Part shown: one piece after another, positions 63,622-64,000 of the stretch
Position numbering within the stretch: the stretch's first letter is position 1
Layout of the letters: the number at the start of each line of letters is the position of its first letter
NCBI GenBank assembly: GCA_951406725.2
Contig: OX597815.1
Location: 25,296,001 to 25,360,000 of the forward strand
Length of the DNA stretch: 64,000 bases
Source: Octopus vulgaris
Taxonomy: Eukaryota
Direction: 5' to 3'
Translations under genes and position numbers: made by a program
Notes under the pieces: generated by a model
Seen by the model: only the letters and a program-made list of their open reading frames with translations
Told to the model about the DNA's origin: nothing
Database searches by the model: none

Positions 63622-64000
63622 GTAAATAACACGGCAGTTAAGTTGGAGATCAAGGTTACTTTTTTGGTATTAATATTGCTGTTGTCACTATTATTTTCAT
63701 ATCATCTGTTGTACATAACAAGTATTATTTGTTAGGTTAAAAGCATCATCAAGTGTTATCACCGGGGGTGGGGGGAGTCACAATAAACGTAGTAAAGTTT
63801 TTAAAAAAAAAGCAAAAAAAAGGAAAATAATTAAAAAACAAAACTTCTTTCTTTATCTCTGTCTACATGCTTATCACCTGTCTATTGTTATACATGCACA
63901 CACACACACACACACATACACACACACGCACACATATATACATATATATTGTTAATCCCAACACATTTTTTCTCTCTCCATTTCCCTGCTCCCGGTTCTC

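Overview
Repeat-dominated, AT-rich animal genomic DNA. The SINE families (tRNA-headed SINEs with an internal (TA)n/(CA)n tract, a Ceph-type SINE) and the RTE/CR1/Penelope/Chapaev/Helitron mix suggest a cephalopod, probably Octopus (inference). Two intact genes can be supported, arranged divergently in a CpG-retaining island: a tRNA-Arg(ACG) gene (20264-20336, -) and a single-exon ankyrin-repeat ORF whose N-terminus resembles ANKLE1/LEM-3 but which lacks LEM and GIY-YIG domains (20767-22005, +). Nearly everything else is nested transposon debris. Two hidden layers stand out. (1) At least eight minimal type-I hammerhead ribozyme motifs, in three sequence families, sit in short non-coding elements mostly lodged next to (TA)n tracts; further decayed motifs follow Penelope GIY-YIG tails. 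This looks like a Penelope-dependent retrozyme-like system. (2) There are several locally templated inverted rearrangements: an A-(TA)n-A'-B'-(TA)n-B double palindrome equivalent to a ~0.6 kb circle of the locus re-integrated backwards (25628-26765), a four-segment template-switch patchwork (52083-52452), an inverted copy of a junction 1.7 kb away (1811-1974), and a spacerless 146-bp palindrome (56835-56980). All alignments were done by eye, and repeat boundaries are approximate unless TSDs are quoted.
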